Shown piece after piece: positions 1 through 11,494 of a stretch of 64,000 bases of DNA. How positions within the stretch are numbered: position 1 is the first letter of the stretch; each line of letters starts with the position of its first letter. The translations under genes were made by a program, and so were the position numbers. Where the stretch lies: contig CP000070.1 of assembly GCA_000002445.1 (NCBI GenBank), positions 1,760,001 to 1,824,000 of the forward strand, read 5' to 3'. Source of the stretch: Trypanosoma brucei. Its lineage: Eukaryota. The notes under the pieces were generated by a model. It made no database searches. It saw only the letters and a program-made list of their open reading frames with translations, and was not told where the DNA came from.

Positions 1-1
1 T

Positions 2-1432
2 GAACGGGAAACGTTGTGGCTTTGTATTCTCGCCGACGACATAGCAAATGAAGGGTCTGCCTCAGCCTTGGTTGGGGAGTGGCTCCCGTGTGGGGTGCAG
101 CGGCAACATCCTAACGCAGGCAAATGTGGTGACAATTTAATAAAGGTCGGTGTTGTCCAGTTCGTCGAGGAGTGGAAAAAGGAAAAGGTTGAAAGTGAGC
201 CTTGGATGGAATCGGATGACGTTGAACGCGCCATAAGGAAGCTTCTTGCTGCTGTAGGCGCTGACGCTCACACGCTCATAAAGTGTCATCTGCCCGACCA
301 CGTGGGTGAAGACGAGCTTGTGATAAGTTCTCTTATGTCTGATGGTTCGACCGTAATCGGTTCAAAGTGGTGGAAACAAAGTAGGAGCTCATCAACGGTC
401 CGGCAGCGCACGAGACCGACATTCGAGCTCTGTCTGCCGGCAACGTCGTGGCAGATTGACCTACTCAGAGCGCTTGAACCCAGAGGTGGTTTGATAAAAC
501 AGGAAGACACTGATTTTCCACCGCCCTCCGCGTCAAATGCCGCGGACAACGAATATGCGCGTGGTCGCGTCTCTTCACCCACGCCTCTGCAAGCAATAGC
601 TAACGGGGACGTTTTCAACACAGCGTTGTCCAGGGCGGTTGCGTGTGGCGAAGGTGCTGGGCTGCTAAGAGACCTACAGCGGCGGGTCGTGTGCAATGCA
701 GGGTTCCTAGGTGAGGAGGTCTCGCCTCTATTTTGCGCGATACATGCTGTTCTCCAGGATGTGTTACCGCAGCCGGAAAGCGGTACAGCAGTGCAGTGGA
801 AACGAGTTGTGATTTGCCTCCCAGGTGTCAGCAACCGAGCAAGCGCGTCCGTTGCTTACCGACATGCCATACAACGATTCCTCTACCCATGGAGGCTGCA
901 CTTCCTAGCGACAGACGAGTGGCAGCGTACAAGTGACTCGGCGACGATGGAGAGCCTCTCGTGGCTACAAATGGGTGGCGTAATGCTTCTCAGTATGGAA
1001 GAGCCGCTCTGTCAGCTCAGCTCCCTCAAAGAAGAAGCTGACATCGTGATTGAGTGTGGAAAGTGCTCGGCCACACCCCGGACCCCCAGGGACGGAGTGA
1101 CACACATCGTGCTCTTTTCGGAAGTTGAGATTCCCGGAGGTCCCACACCTTTACTTTCCTCATGGCGGCCGGCCAACAAGGCAATAGACCGAGCTCTTGA
1201 ACAAGCTGTTGTGCGGCGAACAATGTCCCACACACAGCCCTCAGTGGGCACACACATCTTTATGAAAGCGGCGGCACTGATTGAAGAGCTTGATGGAAAG
1301 GAGAATCATCAAACAGAAAGGCGAATGCTTTCGCGTAAACGACAAACTGTGGAGGATGAGGCTTGGGTACATTTGAGGAAGTTTGCTGTGCATTTGTTGG
1401 TTTGTTCCTGTCACTTCCAGGAAACAAGGTAG
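2..1432 (+). CDS. hypothetical protein, 5'-partial (the frame is open from the window edge; the track shows the ORF from 14)
   Basis: A 472-aa uninterrupted ORF with GC3-rich codon usage typical of trypanosome coding DNA. The reading frame is already open at nt 2, so the gene probably starts left of the window. I recognise no domain. Confidence 0.45.
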   Translation, partial: ERETLWLCILADDIANEGSASALVGEWLPCGVQRQHPNAGKCGDNLIKVGVVQFVEEWKKEKVESEPWMESDDVERAIRKLLAAVGADAHTLIKCHLPDHVGEDELVISSLMSDGSTVIGSKWWKQSRSSSTVRQRTRPTFELCLPATSWQIDLLRALEPRGGLIKQEDTDFPPPSASNAADNEYARGRVSSPTPLQAIANGDVFNTALSRAVACGEGAGLLRDLQRRVVCNAGFLGEEVSPLFCAIHAVLQDVLPQPESGTAVQWKRVVICLPGVSNRASASVAYRHAIQRFLYPWRLHFLATDEWQRTSDSATMESLSWLQMGGVMLLSMEEPLCQLSSLKEEADIVIECGKCSATPRTPRDGVTHIVLFSEVEIPGGPTPLLSSWRPANKAIDRALEQAVVRRTMSHTQPSVGTHIFMKAAALIEELDGKENHQTERRMLSRKRQTVEDEAWVHLRKFAVHLLVCSCHFQETR

Positions 1433-2230
1433 CACAGGGGTCCGCAATCCACTGTTGTATCATCACCCTTCCACTTACTGTACCAGACAGTGTCATAGTG
1501 GAAGTACTTACGGACGCAGTGCGGAGGATCAGGGAAATTGTGCACCAGTTAATAACCCTAAGTGGGTGGCATCTTTGAATATCATCATACAACAAGGCGA
1601 CCTCCGTGCAACGTCCATGCTGATCATGCTGTCGCTGATCAAGAAGGGTATTGCTGGCACCTAAGCCCTATGATTGCACCACTTTCGCAGTGACGATTAC
1701 ACGCGTTCTTTTGGCCGTACAGCGCAGCAGTTGGTAAAGGAATTGACTGCCACACGTGCAAGCGGACAGGTGGTGGCACTCTTCGCCGCGCCATCCGTGG
1801 TGTTAGCACCATGCCGAGAGGTAACCAAGTTGCTGCGCCCCACCGAAGGCACTCTGTCTCGGGGACGCGTGTACGCGTGGGAAGTTGTGTTGGTTTTGAG
1901 TTTTTGCCGCCGTATAAACGCAGGTGGCACATTGCGAGCCGGCACGGTGATCGCAAAACTCCGTGAGATCGCGCCCTGAAGCACTTTCGTCTATGCACAG
2001 CCTGCAGCGCCATGAAGATGCGATAAAGTTGGTCTCGTGCCCCCAACTAATGATGACCCGTGGGCGCCCGGTGGAGGAAGATCCATTGAGCCGTGGCATT
2101 CACATACACGGAAAACAGAGCCCTACTTATGGGCCCGGTTGTTTTACCACGTAGTGTCTACCCGCACTCTCCTGTACAGTACGGTGTTCTCCAAAATTTT
2201 TCTGCTCTCTACCTTGCTCAATCGTGGCGT

Positions 2231-2273
2231 TGATTTTCTTTTTTTTTTCTTCTTTTTCTCATATGGTCTTCAG
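2231..2273 (+). promoter_or_regulatory. polypyrimidine tract plus AG trans-splice acceptor upstream of family gene G0
   Basis: A run of ttttcttttttttttcttctttttctc followed by cttcAG lies 22 nt upstream of the ATG at 2295. This is the kinetoplastid trans-splicing signal architecture. Confidence 0.5.
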
Positions 2274-2294
2274 AACTGGAAGTCGTTAAAAACA

Positions 2295-3089
2295 ATGAGC
2301 TCCACGAGGGCTGCTCTATTATGCATTGGCATCGCCATAATGTACAGTACGGGAGGTGACTGCTTCAGGCTCTATAGGATAACCAGGCAACATAAATGCA
2401 ACGAACTATCAAGCACATTCAATGAATACAGTCATGCCTTCACGAACTCATGGAGAAGTTTCCAATTCTCCCTGAATACCGCCAGATCCGCCAAAAAGAG
2501 GTGCGAAAGCGTCATGAACATAAGCCAGGACAAGGAGGTGTCGGAGAGCATTAATGAGGACAGAAAGAAGAAGGTGGATAAATATTATGATGCTATCCTA
2601 TACATTGAACCACAAATAGGAAACTACGAAAAGGAACTACATGAAACGCTTGCTGAAGTGCACGAAAAATGTAGCTTTTGGTTTTTGTATTTGCCAATGT
2701 CAACTGAGTTCCTAGAAAGCACGAACAGCAGGCTAGCGGAGGCGAAAAAGATTTTGGAAAAGATGATCGGTCTTACTCACGAGGCAAATGGGTACGCAAC
2801 AACCGCGAAGAACATGGAATGTTCCTTTGAATTGGTTGGACAGAAGGTTACGGAGAAAGAAAGGGAGTCTGATTCCAGCGACGCCAACGCAGCGCCCACC
2901 ACCCCTGACTCGACATCTCAGACCCACTCACCCAAGCAGCCAGTTCCACCCGAGGACGGTGATAAACACAAAACACACGGTGATGATAAAAAACACGACC
3001 ACAAGAAGCATGGCGACGAAGACGGTGAAGATGAGGATCATGAAGACGAAGAAGAGGGAGAAGAGGAAGAAGCCGGCGACGACGAATAA
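2295..3089 (+). CDS. secreted acidic-tail protein, family member G0 (paralogue of G1-G6 at 32-44.5 kb)
   Basis: The ATG at 2295 opens a hydrophobic signal peptide (MSSTRAALLCIGIAIMYSTGG). The conserved family motifs are present: KYYDAILYIEPQI and CSFWFLYLPMSTEF. The tail is a His/Asp/Glu-rich acidic region ending EEEEAGDDE. The gene aligns to the N-domain of the minus-strand paralogues. Confidence 0.7.
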   Translation: MSSTRAALLCIGIAIMYSTGGDCFRLYRITRQHKCNELSSTFNEYSHAFTNSWRSFQFSLNTARSAKKRCESVMNISQDKEVSESINEDRKKKVDKYYDAILYIEPQIGNYEKELHETLAEVHEKCSFWFLYLPMSTEFLESTNSRLAEAKKILEKMIGLTHEANGYATTAKNMECSFELVGQKVTEKERESDSSDANAAPTTPDSTSQTHSPKQPVPPEDGDKHKTHGDDKKHDHKKHGDEDGEDEDHEDEEEGEEEEAGDDE

Positions 3090-3202
3090 TATGGGAGTGA
3101 AAGGAAGAATAACATCGGCGGCCGTGCGGAAAATGACAAAAGATCGCGAAAATTCCGAAAAGGAACAATATTGAAGCAGAAGCAGATTAAACTATGATAC
3201 AG

Positions 3203-4137
3203 GTTGAATGTAAGAAGAAGTCAACGGATTTTATTTGATTGGGAACACGACGATGGAAGATGATGCTTCGTCTTACTCAAGGCTACGTAGGTTGAGATGC
3301 TGCTTCGATGATAACAAGTTATTCAGCTGCGTGCTGTGGTTTTCCTTTATTGCTTTATAACATTAATATGCTTTACTTTTTGTTCTTTTTATTGAAGATA
3401 TAAACAGATCGGCGACGTGCTCCGGGTTCGATTTTTCCATAAGGGATTTGGGTAATGAAATGATGTATAGAAACCGCTTTAAATAGCGGTGTGTGCGTGT
3501 GTGTGTGGACGGACGGATGGTTGATGTTAGCATGTTCCAACGTACCAACGTGTGACGGAGGGCATGCAACAATATGAATATCTACGTAACCGCATGCTAA
3601 GTAATGCTTTGCTTGAAGTGACTTTTTGTCCCTTTTACAGTGTTGTGAGTGCTTTTAAATACCCAACGTGATTTTGAGACTGTAGTGTGGCGTGTGTGTA
3701 TTGTTTGAGGGAAGGAGGAAACTGTCTCTCTCCTGCATATGGATGTACATGTGCTTCAATTCCTGGCTCATTCTTTCACCAACAGCGTAGGAATGCACGT
3801 GGTTGACATGATGCGAACTGCGTGGCGCTGATGCCTGAATGCACAAAGCGGTTGGACTGAGCATCGTGCCAATACGTGGAAGCGGGATTATGCCGGGTAG
3901 ACATTTCGTGTAGACGATTGGGGTTCGATTTGCGGTGACTTGTAACATCCCGTCACTGACGTTATTCCTGACACGGAGAGTAAGGGAATTGCAGTGGCTG
4001 GGGAAGCACAGAAAAACATCTGCAACAGAGTTGTATAAGCCTAAAGCACCGCACGTTTCCACTTGCTCAAGAAGGGGACGAATTATATGAGCTGCGGGAG
4101 TGTTGCGGGGATTTGCCCGCGGTGATATGTACCTTTT
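3203..4137 (-). repeat. family 3'-flank module (inverted copy), forming the left arm of the inverted repeat
   Basis: This stretch is the reverse complement of sequence found downstream of G1 (43130..43670) and downstream of G6 (30908..31700). Positions 3360..4137 are near-identical to the reverse complement of 30908..31690. Confidence 0.85.
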
Positions 4138-5529
4138 CCACCCTTTCATTTCCAGCGTGGCAACCTCTTGATTCAGTGGCGCAGCAACCCCGGTGGTGGG
4201 GGAGTTTGAATTCAACCGCGCAAACTTTGGCGACGAGGCGTGACAATATGCCCTCAGGCTTGGGGAAGGGATCCCGACACGATCAGCATGCCCTTTGTGA
4301 ATTGAAGCCCATCGTCACTCCACTAGCGGGCAAGGCGCAGCACCGGTCGGTGATTCACGTCTGGACATCATCCTCACGCTTTCACCCACCGCTGTCGTTT
4401 CGTGCCCTGCTTTAACGCTAGCCCGTGCATGCAGATGCATCTTTTGGACGACGGTTATGTGTCGTGGTCCCTTCCAGAGCTACTGCGTCGTAGCGATGCC
4501 GCGGCCATACCATCGAAGCCTCTCCAGCCTTCATCGTAATCGCCCTGCTCTATAAGCCCATTCGCCGCAAAATGTAGTACCAGAAACGTGTCTGCGCCTC
4601 GTTCCTTCCCTGGCCAAATATCCGCAGCTGGGTTGCTCATTCGAGTTTCCCATGCGACCCTCTTCGTTTCCCCTCTTAATCACCATTGTTGAGGCATTAA
4701 TGGCGCAACTTGTGCTTCCCGTTCCTTAGCGTTCCCACCATAGGGGCTAACGTGTAGGGTAAATTTTTTGCTTTCAACGCGTTTTTCTTGGTTTAACCCC
4801 AACCTGTAAAGCGCGGGACCACCGACACTTTAACCCCGCAGGTCCCTCGTTTGATTGTCCTTTGGTGCTGATACCGTGGGTTCCATAGCGACCGCACGCC
4901 GTTTTTTTTTTATCTTCCGCACCTTCCACGCGGCAACAACATGTTACTGCGCATAACCTCGCCCGGTATTCTCGGCACTCACCCCAATGGTATTCGTCCG
5001 CAGGCGTCATATCCTTCCCCTTGGGCACAGGGCGAGCGCATCCGATAAGTTCGCTGCGGCATATGCCGGGCCCTTCCCCCACACCAAAGTTGACATTCTA
5101 CGTTTAACTCCTGCCGCAACACTCTTGCCACAGCATTGGCGGGCCAGCGTGGAGTAAGCCCGGAGCAGGCCGCTGCCCTCGCCGGCAAGCTTTTGATCCG
5201 CTTCTCCTCGGAGTCCCGATGTTAAGGCAGAATGTATTGATGTAAGCGTGTCTGCGCCGATGGGTTTTGACATTACCTTCCTACCCGGGGTGGTGGCTAT
5301 CCCGTGCGTGTTGGAATTATTTTTGGGACGAAAGAGAGCCTCAAGGTCCAAACACCCCCAGCCCAACTCTGATTTTTGATCTGCAGCTTTTCATTTTCAG
5401 CAGCCTTTTTAGCTCAACCGCCATCGCGACACCATCGGCGATTCGACGGCGCCTCCATCAACAATGCTCTGCCATCTCCACCTCGAAGGCAAGCCAGCGT
5501 CCACCTGGCGATGTGCAACAGCAATCTCA

Positions 5530-6650
5530 ACTTTCGCATTCCCTCACAATTTTGTCGTGGTCCACTGTATCGAATGCCTTCTCGTAGTCGACGGATACAG
5601 CACCCGTGCGAAATTGGTGCGTGGGACGGCGGAGGGCAGCCGGCGAGCGTAGGTGTCCAATGCGGATGGCGGAGCTCAATTTCTGTTCCAGGGCGTTGAT
5701 ATTATTATCTCTACCAATTTTCCTGCAGAGCTCGTCAACCTTGAGACGGAAATTCCTCCAGTCAGCTTTTAGCCATGCGTAGATGGGGTTTCGAGGCCGC
5801 GGGCAACTCAGTGCATCTGTTTCGTCTCCACCGATAACGTCGAAAAATATGTGATGGTGATCGGTATCGGGAGAATGCAGCGATGTCCACGTGGACACTG
5901 TGCAATTCCTTGACAGTGTCACATCAGGGCTGGACTCCCCGTGGTGGCGCGCGAACCCGGTGCACTCACCAGTGTTACAGACTAGAAACTGGTTGTCAAT
6001 TTACCACTGTGTGAGGGTTTCACCCTTGGTATTTGGCGGGCTCCCGCGATCCCATGCCAACTCGCGTGTGCATTAGCGTCTGCACCGATGAGAGCTGGGC
6101 ACCGTCAGTCGTCAGAAGCGTATCTAGGTCAGTTGCCGTGAAGGTGTGTTTTGGTGGGATGTATGCCGACGTGACGGTCAGCGCCGTTCCACATGTAAGG
6201 TGAATTGTTGCACGCACTTGTTCAATGCGACCAACAACGGCCATACCGGTCTCGACTGGCTGGCCCTCCCTCACTAGTATTGATACACCACCTCCTTTGC
6301 AGTTACGAGCTATTCCGTGATGTTGGTAGCCAGCAACGCTAAAGCAAGCCGCCTCTCCAGGCGTCATCCTTGTCTCGCTCAACAGACAAAAGGCGATCCG
6401 CTCATCAACAAGGGTTTTGTGGAGTGCTAATCTCTTTCCTTGAGATAGCCCGGCGCAGTTCCACAGCATCCCGCGCAACGACGGGCCGGGATTCTCTTCC
6501 ACATCACCGGACAGCAGCATCTTAGCGCGGATGATACTGCTGATGGCACGCTGGCACGTGCCCAGGGACCGACAAATGAAAAACGGTGTCCCAGCAAGAC
6601 GCTGCTGATCCCTGTGCTGTATGATGCCGTAGCCGAAGCAAAGCATTGTT
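5530..6650 (-). mobile_element. internal ingi fragment (endonuclease plus part of the RT region), lacking both element ends
   Basis: ORFs 6020..6766 and 5527..5922 are about 97-98% identical at nucleotide level to 28208..28951 and 27367..28110 of the full ingi. Homology breaks at about 5530 and about 6650. The fragment carries the same 98-nt frame break as the full copy. Confidence 0.85.
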
Positions 6651-7139
6651 CCCCATGAGAGGAACGCTGCTGGCTCTTGGCTTCCCCCGATGAGACGGGG
6701 TACTGGACCCTGGCACCACGTTGAGGTGGCCGGAATCGCCAGGGAATATAATGCATCAAAACTCACAGCGAATGCAGTCTTTGTAGCACAACCTCAAACT
6801 ACATGTACAGAAACAACAACAGGTAAAGTAAGGGTAAACTGGAGAAAGATTGTAAGGATTGGTGCAAATGGAAATTAAGCCTGCAAGGATTTCACTAATA
6901 TTGTCAATAAAAAATATTTACTGATTGTTTCTGCCTTTATGAGCATTGTGTTTTAAGATAATCGTGCTTTTTTAACATTTTTCTAAATTAATTGAAAATT
7001 TTTAGCAACTGTAATTTAGATAAGTAAAATAATTAAAGTTCAGAAAAATATGCATGATGATGGTTAATGGGTAAAGCGTAGCAAAGTGGGAGAGTATGAA
7101 AACTGAGTTATATCCTAATTTTGTGATATTTTTTATTTT

Positions 7140-7310
7140 GTAGGTATTGGTTAGTGTTATGGTAGTAATAGCAATTATTGTAATAATAGCAGTAATGGTA
7201 ATAATAATGATAATAATAATAGAAGTGTGTTGTGTAAGTGTGTATATACGAATATTATAATAAGAGCAGTAATGATAGTAATAATAATGATAATAATTGA
7301 CTGACAAAAT
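7140..7310 (+). repeat. 70-bp repeat block upstream of a VSG
   Basis: It contains the signature GTGTTGTGTAAGTGTGTATATACGAATATTATAATAAGAGCAGTAATGATAGTAATAATAATGATAATAAT with flanking TRR (TAA/TGA) triplets. Confidence 0.8.
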
Positions 7311-8835
7311 GGAAGCACTCAAAACAATGGCCGGGTACAACAGATGACAATGGATGAGTGACTATGAGTAAAGGAGTAAGTATAAGTGATAGAGGGACAG
7401 AGAGCAAAATGAATATTATTAAGGGAAGACAGTGGTAGAAAAGGATATGTAATATTCACATTCACCGTCACAAACATGACTACTGGAACCAGCATACACA
7501 AGGAAATAATAGTAGGGAGCATGAGGAAGAAACAAAGTTCATTGTAGAGGATAAATGAAGATGCTACGTTATCCGCCCAAATAGTGATAGAAAACCCTAC
7601 TAAGCAAAACAAAATACGGTGTGAAATGATAGAATTCTGATACCGAACAGTGCGTGTACTTGAAAGAATAAGCATTAACAACTGATGGTGCCAGTTTTTT
7701 ACCCGAAAATGAATAGATGGAACTGCAGAGATAGCAGCAATTGTAATGTTTAATGTGATGGCAAATAGTAACGTATTGAAGTGCAAGCAAGAAGTGAAGA
7801 TTGGGTAAGCGTGACTTAATGTCGAACTTTCCTTTTCATCAAATATAAAAATAATAGCCAACATCTGTTGGAAACAGTATTACACTGTTTGGCAGAGAAT
7901 TTTAAAACTGTGACTACTAACGGCTGACCTTGTAAAAACTAAAGAATAACCCCGTGGGAACTGCTTCAAATAGCACATGAATCAAACAATGGAGGATCTT
8001 TATGAAGTAGAAAGGTTCTTTTATGGTAAAACACAAATTCCATATTGGTGTGCAGCTGAATAATTGAAAGCATTTAGAGAATGAAAAAATTATATATTGA
8101 TGATAACCGACCTACATTTACTATACCGCATAAACTCTTGCTGAGACAAACCTCAGACTGCAGTTTACGACAAAATTAAAAAGTCTTTGGCATGAACAGC
8201 CAAAAATGGTCCCGACTGCACACCGCAAGCAACTGAGTAAACGGGGCCGTGAAAAGCAGCAATGCTACCTGATTACTTTGTCCAGCATGTAATAGAAAAT
8301 TTCCGACAAATAAAAGAAATGACAAAACATAGTCTTTGAATTATAAAGATTATTGAGATTGACGGTAATTTTAAAAATTTTGAAGTATTGGAGTTGTGGA
8401 GGAAGAGAATGGACGCAACAGATATAAATGTTGAAAGGTATAGATTGGTGTTGCAACTGTTAACTGCTGGAAGATCAATATTTGGTGGAGGCGGCCGTAT
8501 AGTTTTATGATTTAACACATTTTTTAATGGAGGCTGTCGTGATGTGAAAAGAAGAAAATCGCCGTTAGTCTTTAAACATTAAATATCTGCGGAAAAGATA
8601 AGACCAAAGATATTTGTAACAGGGCCTCCATGTGGCGAGCAGAAGTGGTAACAGTACAAAGCGATAATTCGAAACCTGCCGAAGCAAACAGAGCGCAGGA
8701 CTTGTGCCTGCAACAAAGAAAACTTGTGGCTTATCATTTCTTCTCAAATCCACTGAAAAACTGCACCACCAACATTATGTCTTTTCAACCACAATTCAAG
8801 GTGCACAAGCAGAATCAAAAAGAAAGCGCTACGAA

Positions 8836-10308
8836 ATGCTAATCCGAGCCTTCATAACTCTGGCATTTCTTTTCGCACAGAAAGTCGCAGAGACGAGCGC
8901 AGACGCCAACAAGCCGTGCTCCACTGCATGCGGCTGCAAGAAGAGGTTGCACGCTCGCCTAGGACTTTACACGACGAAACTCAAAGAAGCCAAGCAAACA
9001 AATCACCAAAATCTAAAAGAATACAACAGTTTGCTACTTGCTGCAGCCGTAGGCTCCCCACTCGACACGACGATAATCTTACCAATACTAGCAGGAAGCG
9101 GCGAACTAATTCAGCAATGCAACGAACAAATATCTGCGGCAGACAAAGCAGTTGCGGCGGCGACAATTAAGGTCGGGGAAGCAAGCGGCGTCTACAACGT
9201 CATACACAAACTAAAGGACGGCATGGGCAAACTTATGATCAACTTCGGAGGCGGTGACCTCCAATTGCCGGCAAGCAAATTCACAAGCCGCACACTAGGT
9301 GGTATTAACGCAAACGCCTGCTGCAGCAGCAACAACGGCGAGGAAGGCGTCAAAACAGACTTAGAACACGAGCCCAAGGAACCGGAACCGACCAAACTAA
9401 TAACACACGCTTACCTCGAAGCAAAATGCGACAGCAACCCAGGGGCGCCAGCAACCTGCCACAACGCAGCGGTGGACCAGGACACGCAAATAAGCATAGG
9501 CCTCGGCTTTGGCAACGGCGCCAAAGATGAGAAATCAGCATGGGGAGCCGGGAGCCACACAAAGATGCACAAAATAGCTAGCACGGCGGTCGACTTTTTC
9601 AGCAGCAATGAAACAGCAGCCCACCAAGCGCTAAAGGCGCTCGCAACAGACAAAACAGGACTCCCCGCATGCCATTCCTTACAAGACTTCGGCGCCATGG
9701 CGGAGACAAGAGCGTTCCAGCTTATGCTGCTGAAGCTTGCAGCCGGCAAACCAGAAGCAGAAAAAGTAGGACCAGATGATAGACAAGATATCGACTCAGC
9801 GATAACGAGCAGCTACGGTAAAAGTGGGGCAAACTACAAAGACAAGATATGGGACCAAATACAAAAAACAGAAGTGCCACAAGGAAAGCAAACAGGAGAA
9901 AAAACAGCAGCACTAGAAAAAGGGGCAGACATAAAGCTCCAAACGGAAGCATTGGCCAGGTTATTTGCAAAAGAAATAAAGGAAAAAAAGCAAGCAAAAA
10001 CCACACAAAAAGTTAGTAAAACAACAGATTGCAACAAGCAAACAGAAAAAACTGCAGAGGAATGCAAAAATCTTGGCTGCGATCATGATGCAGAAAATAA
10101 AAAATGCAAACCTAAAGCAGGAACAGAAAACACGGCACCAGGAGCAGGAGCTACAGCTGGATGCACAAAGCATGGCACTGATAAGCCAAAGTGTGAAGGT
10201 GACAAAAGCTGTAAAGGGAATGGAAAAGAATGCAAAGATTCCAGTTTTATTGTCAATAAGAAATTAGCTTCAATGAATGCTGCTTTTGTAAGTTTTATAG
10301 CATTTTAG
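8836..10308 (+). CDS. VSG: variant surface glycoprotein (VSG), apparently intact (the ORF is also open from 8704)
   Basis: A signal peptide MLIRAFITLAFLFAQKVAETSA is followed by an A-type N-domain and a Cys-rich C-terminal domain. It ends with the canonical GPI-signal tail CKDSSFIVNKKLASMNAAFVSFIAF-stop. The conserved VSG 3'UTR element (gctatatttaaacac) follows. Confidence 0.85.
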   Translation: MLIRAFITLAFLFAQKVAETSADANKPCSTACGCKKRLHARLGLYTTKLKEAKQTNHQNLKEYNSLLLAAAVGSPLDTTIILPILAGSGELIQQCNEQISAADKAVAAATIKVGEASGVYNVIHKLKDGMGKLMINFGGGDLQLPASKFTSRTLGGINANACCSSNNGEEGVKTDLEHEPKEPEPTKLITHAYLEAKCDSNPGAPATCHNAAVDQDTQISIGLGFGNGAKDEKSAWGAGSHTKMHKIASTAVDFFSSNETAAHQALKALATDKTGLPACHSLQDFGAMAETRAFQLMLLKLAAGKPEAEKVGPDDRQDIDSAITSSYGKSGANYKDKIWDQIQKTEVPQGKQTGEKTAALEKGADIKLQTEALARLFAKEIKEKKQAKTTQKVSKTTDCNKQTEKTAEECKNLGCDHDAENKKCKPKAGTENTAPGAGATAGCTKHGTDKPKCEGDKSCKGNGKECKDSSFIVNKKLASMNAAFVSFIAF

Positions 10309-10519
10309 TATTTTAGAATCCTAAGGATATTTGCTGAATTTTATGATATTTTTGAAATTGAGACAAATTGTTAGTATTTGCTATATTTAAACACTTTTAA
10401 AGGAAGGTATGCAAATTAGTGAAACTCTCTAATGCGTTTAATAGTAGCTTATTGGTGTAAAGAAATAGTGTTAGATGGTGTGAAAATGAGTATTATTCTA
10501 ATTTGTTCATTCTTTTTGT

Positions 10520-10640
10520 TTTGTGGATAATATTTTATATTGTAATGGTAAGTATAACAGTAACAGCACTGATAATGATAAGAGTGTGTTCTGGGTGTGC
10601 ACAAAATAATATTATAATGAGATTGGTGGCCACAACTAAA
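10520..10640 (+). repeat. 70-bp repeat (about 1 copy)
   Basis: The sequence taacagcactgataatgataagagtgtgttctgggtgtgcacaaaataatattataatgag matches the 70-bp repeat core. Confidence 0.7.
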
Positions 10641-11494
10641 TTAACGACCAAAATAAAAGACGTTAAGTAGAGGAAAGGATGCAATTGGAGTGAGTAAGTA
10701 GGCAAATGAAATTGGAGACACGAGGAATATTAAAGGAAAGACAAAAGGAAAGAGTAAGATAAAAGAACAAAGATAGAATATGAGCAGTTAAAATCACAAA
10801 CATGATGATTATCATGGTCGTAAATAAGGAGATGATAGAAAGAGAATGTAGTATGTAGCTCAAAATGGTGTCAGTATTTTATTTCCAGAGACACCAGCAG
10901 AAAAAGAAGAGAAAAGAACTGAAATACATAACGAAGTACCAGAAGGAGCGCAAGGATGCCTCATACAAGAGGGAAAAGTTTATCAGGAAAATAAGAGAAT
11001 TCACCGTATTTTTTTTCTAAAAAAACATATGTGTTTAGAGATGATGGTGGCGACTGGAGGTGTTTATTTGAAACCAGAGAGATATGTTAAGAAATAAATT
11101 TATGGCAGCACCGTTGATACAGCTAGTATGGGTTTATTCTGCATTTCTGGAGATAGTATCCATTAAGACGTGTGGCAATTGCGCAAATTTTCGATAGTTA
11201 CAGGGTGTATTGTAGACACTGTTTAAAGAGCAACCCACGCATCCAAGGAGTCACATGCACCACCACCGGCACCGGCACTAACACAACCATTTGCGCGGGA
11301 CCGCGTTGTAAAGACGCACAAGCAGCGGACGAGGGAGCTGCATCCACTCTATAGCAGCCGAAAACAAAACGACAGTGGAAGATCAGCCGTCAAAGTTTCG
11401 AAGACTCAATTTAGTCAGTCAAAATCCTCCAAGAAAACAGTGTACAAACCGCCCTTTTTTATAGCTTTACAATATATCAGAAGAAGGTTCCCAA

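Noticed and set aside
3655-4215. A 186-aa ORF within the inverted-repeat arm, with a 135-aa twin at 30973..31380 +.
   Set aside because: It lies inside the conserved non-coding 3'-flank module and runs into the R element that follows every family gene. It shows no signal peptide and no domain. It is conserved only because the whole flank is.
7319-7864. A 181-aa hydrophobic ORF on the minus strand between a 70-bp repeat and the first VSG.
   Set aside because: It sits in an AT-rich VSG co-transposed spacer. Low-complexity I/L/F-rich translation is expected from AT-rich DNA in any frame. Similar spurious ORFs occur upstream of the other VSGs.
9350-10173. Several 70-110-aa antisense ORFs inside the intact VSG (9411..9749 -, 9722..10006 -, 9961..10173 -).
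   Set aside because: They are antisense to a well-supported VSG CDS and have hydrophobic low-complexity translations. They are typical shadow ORFs.
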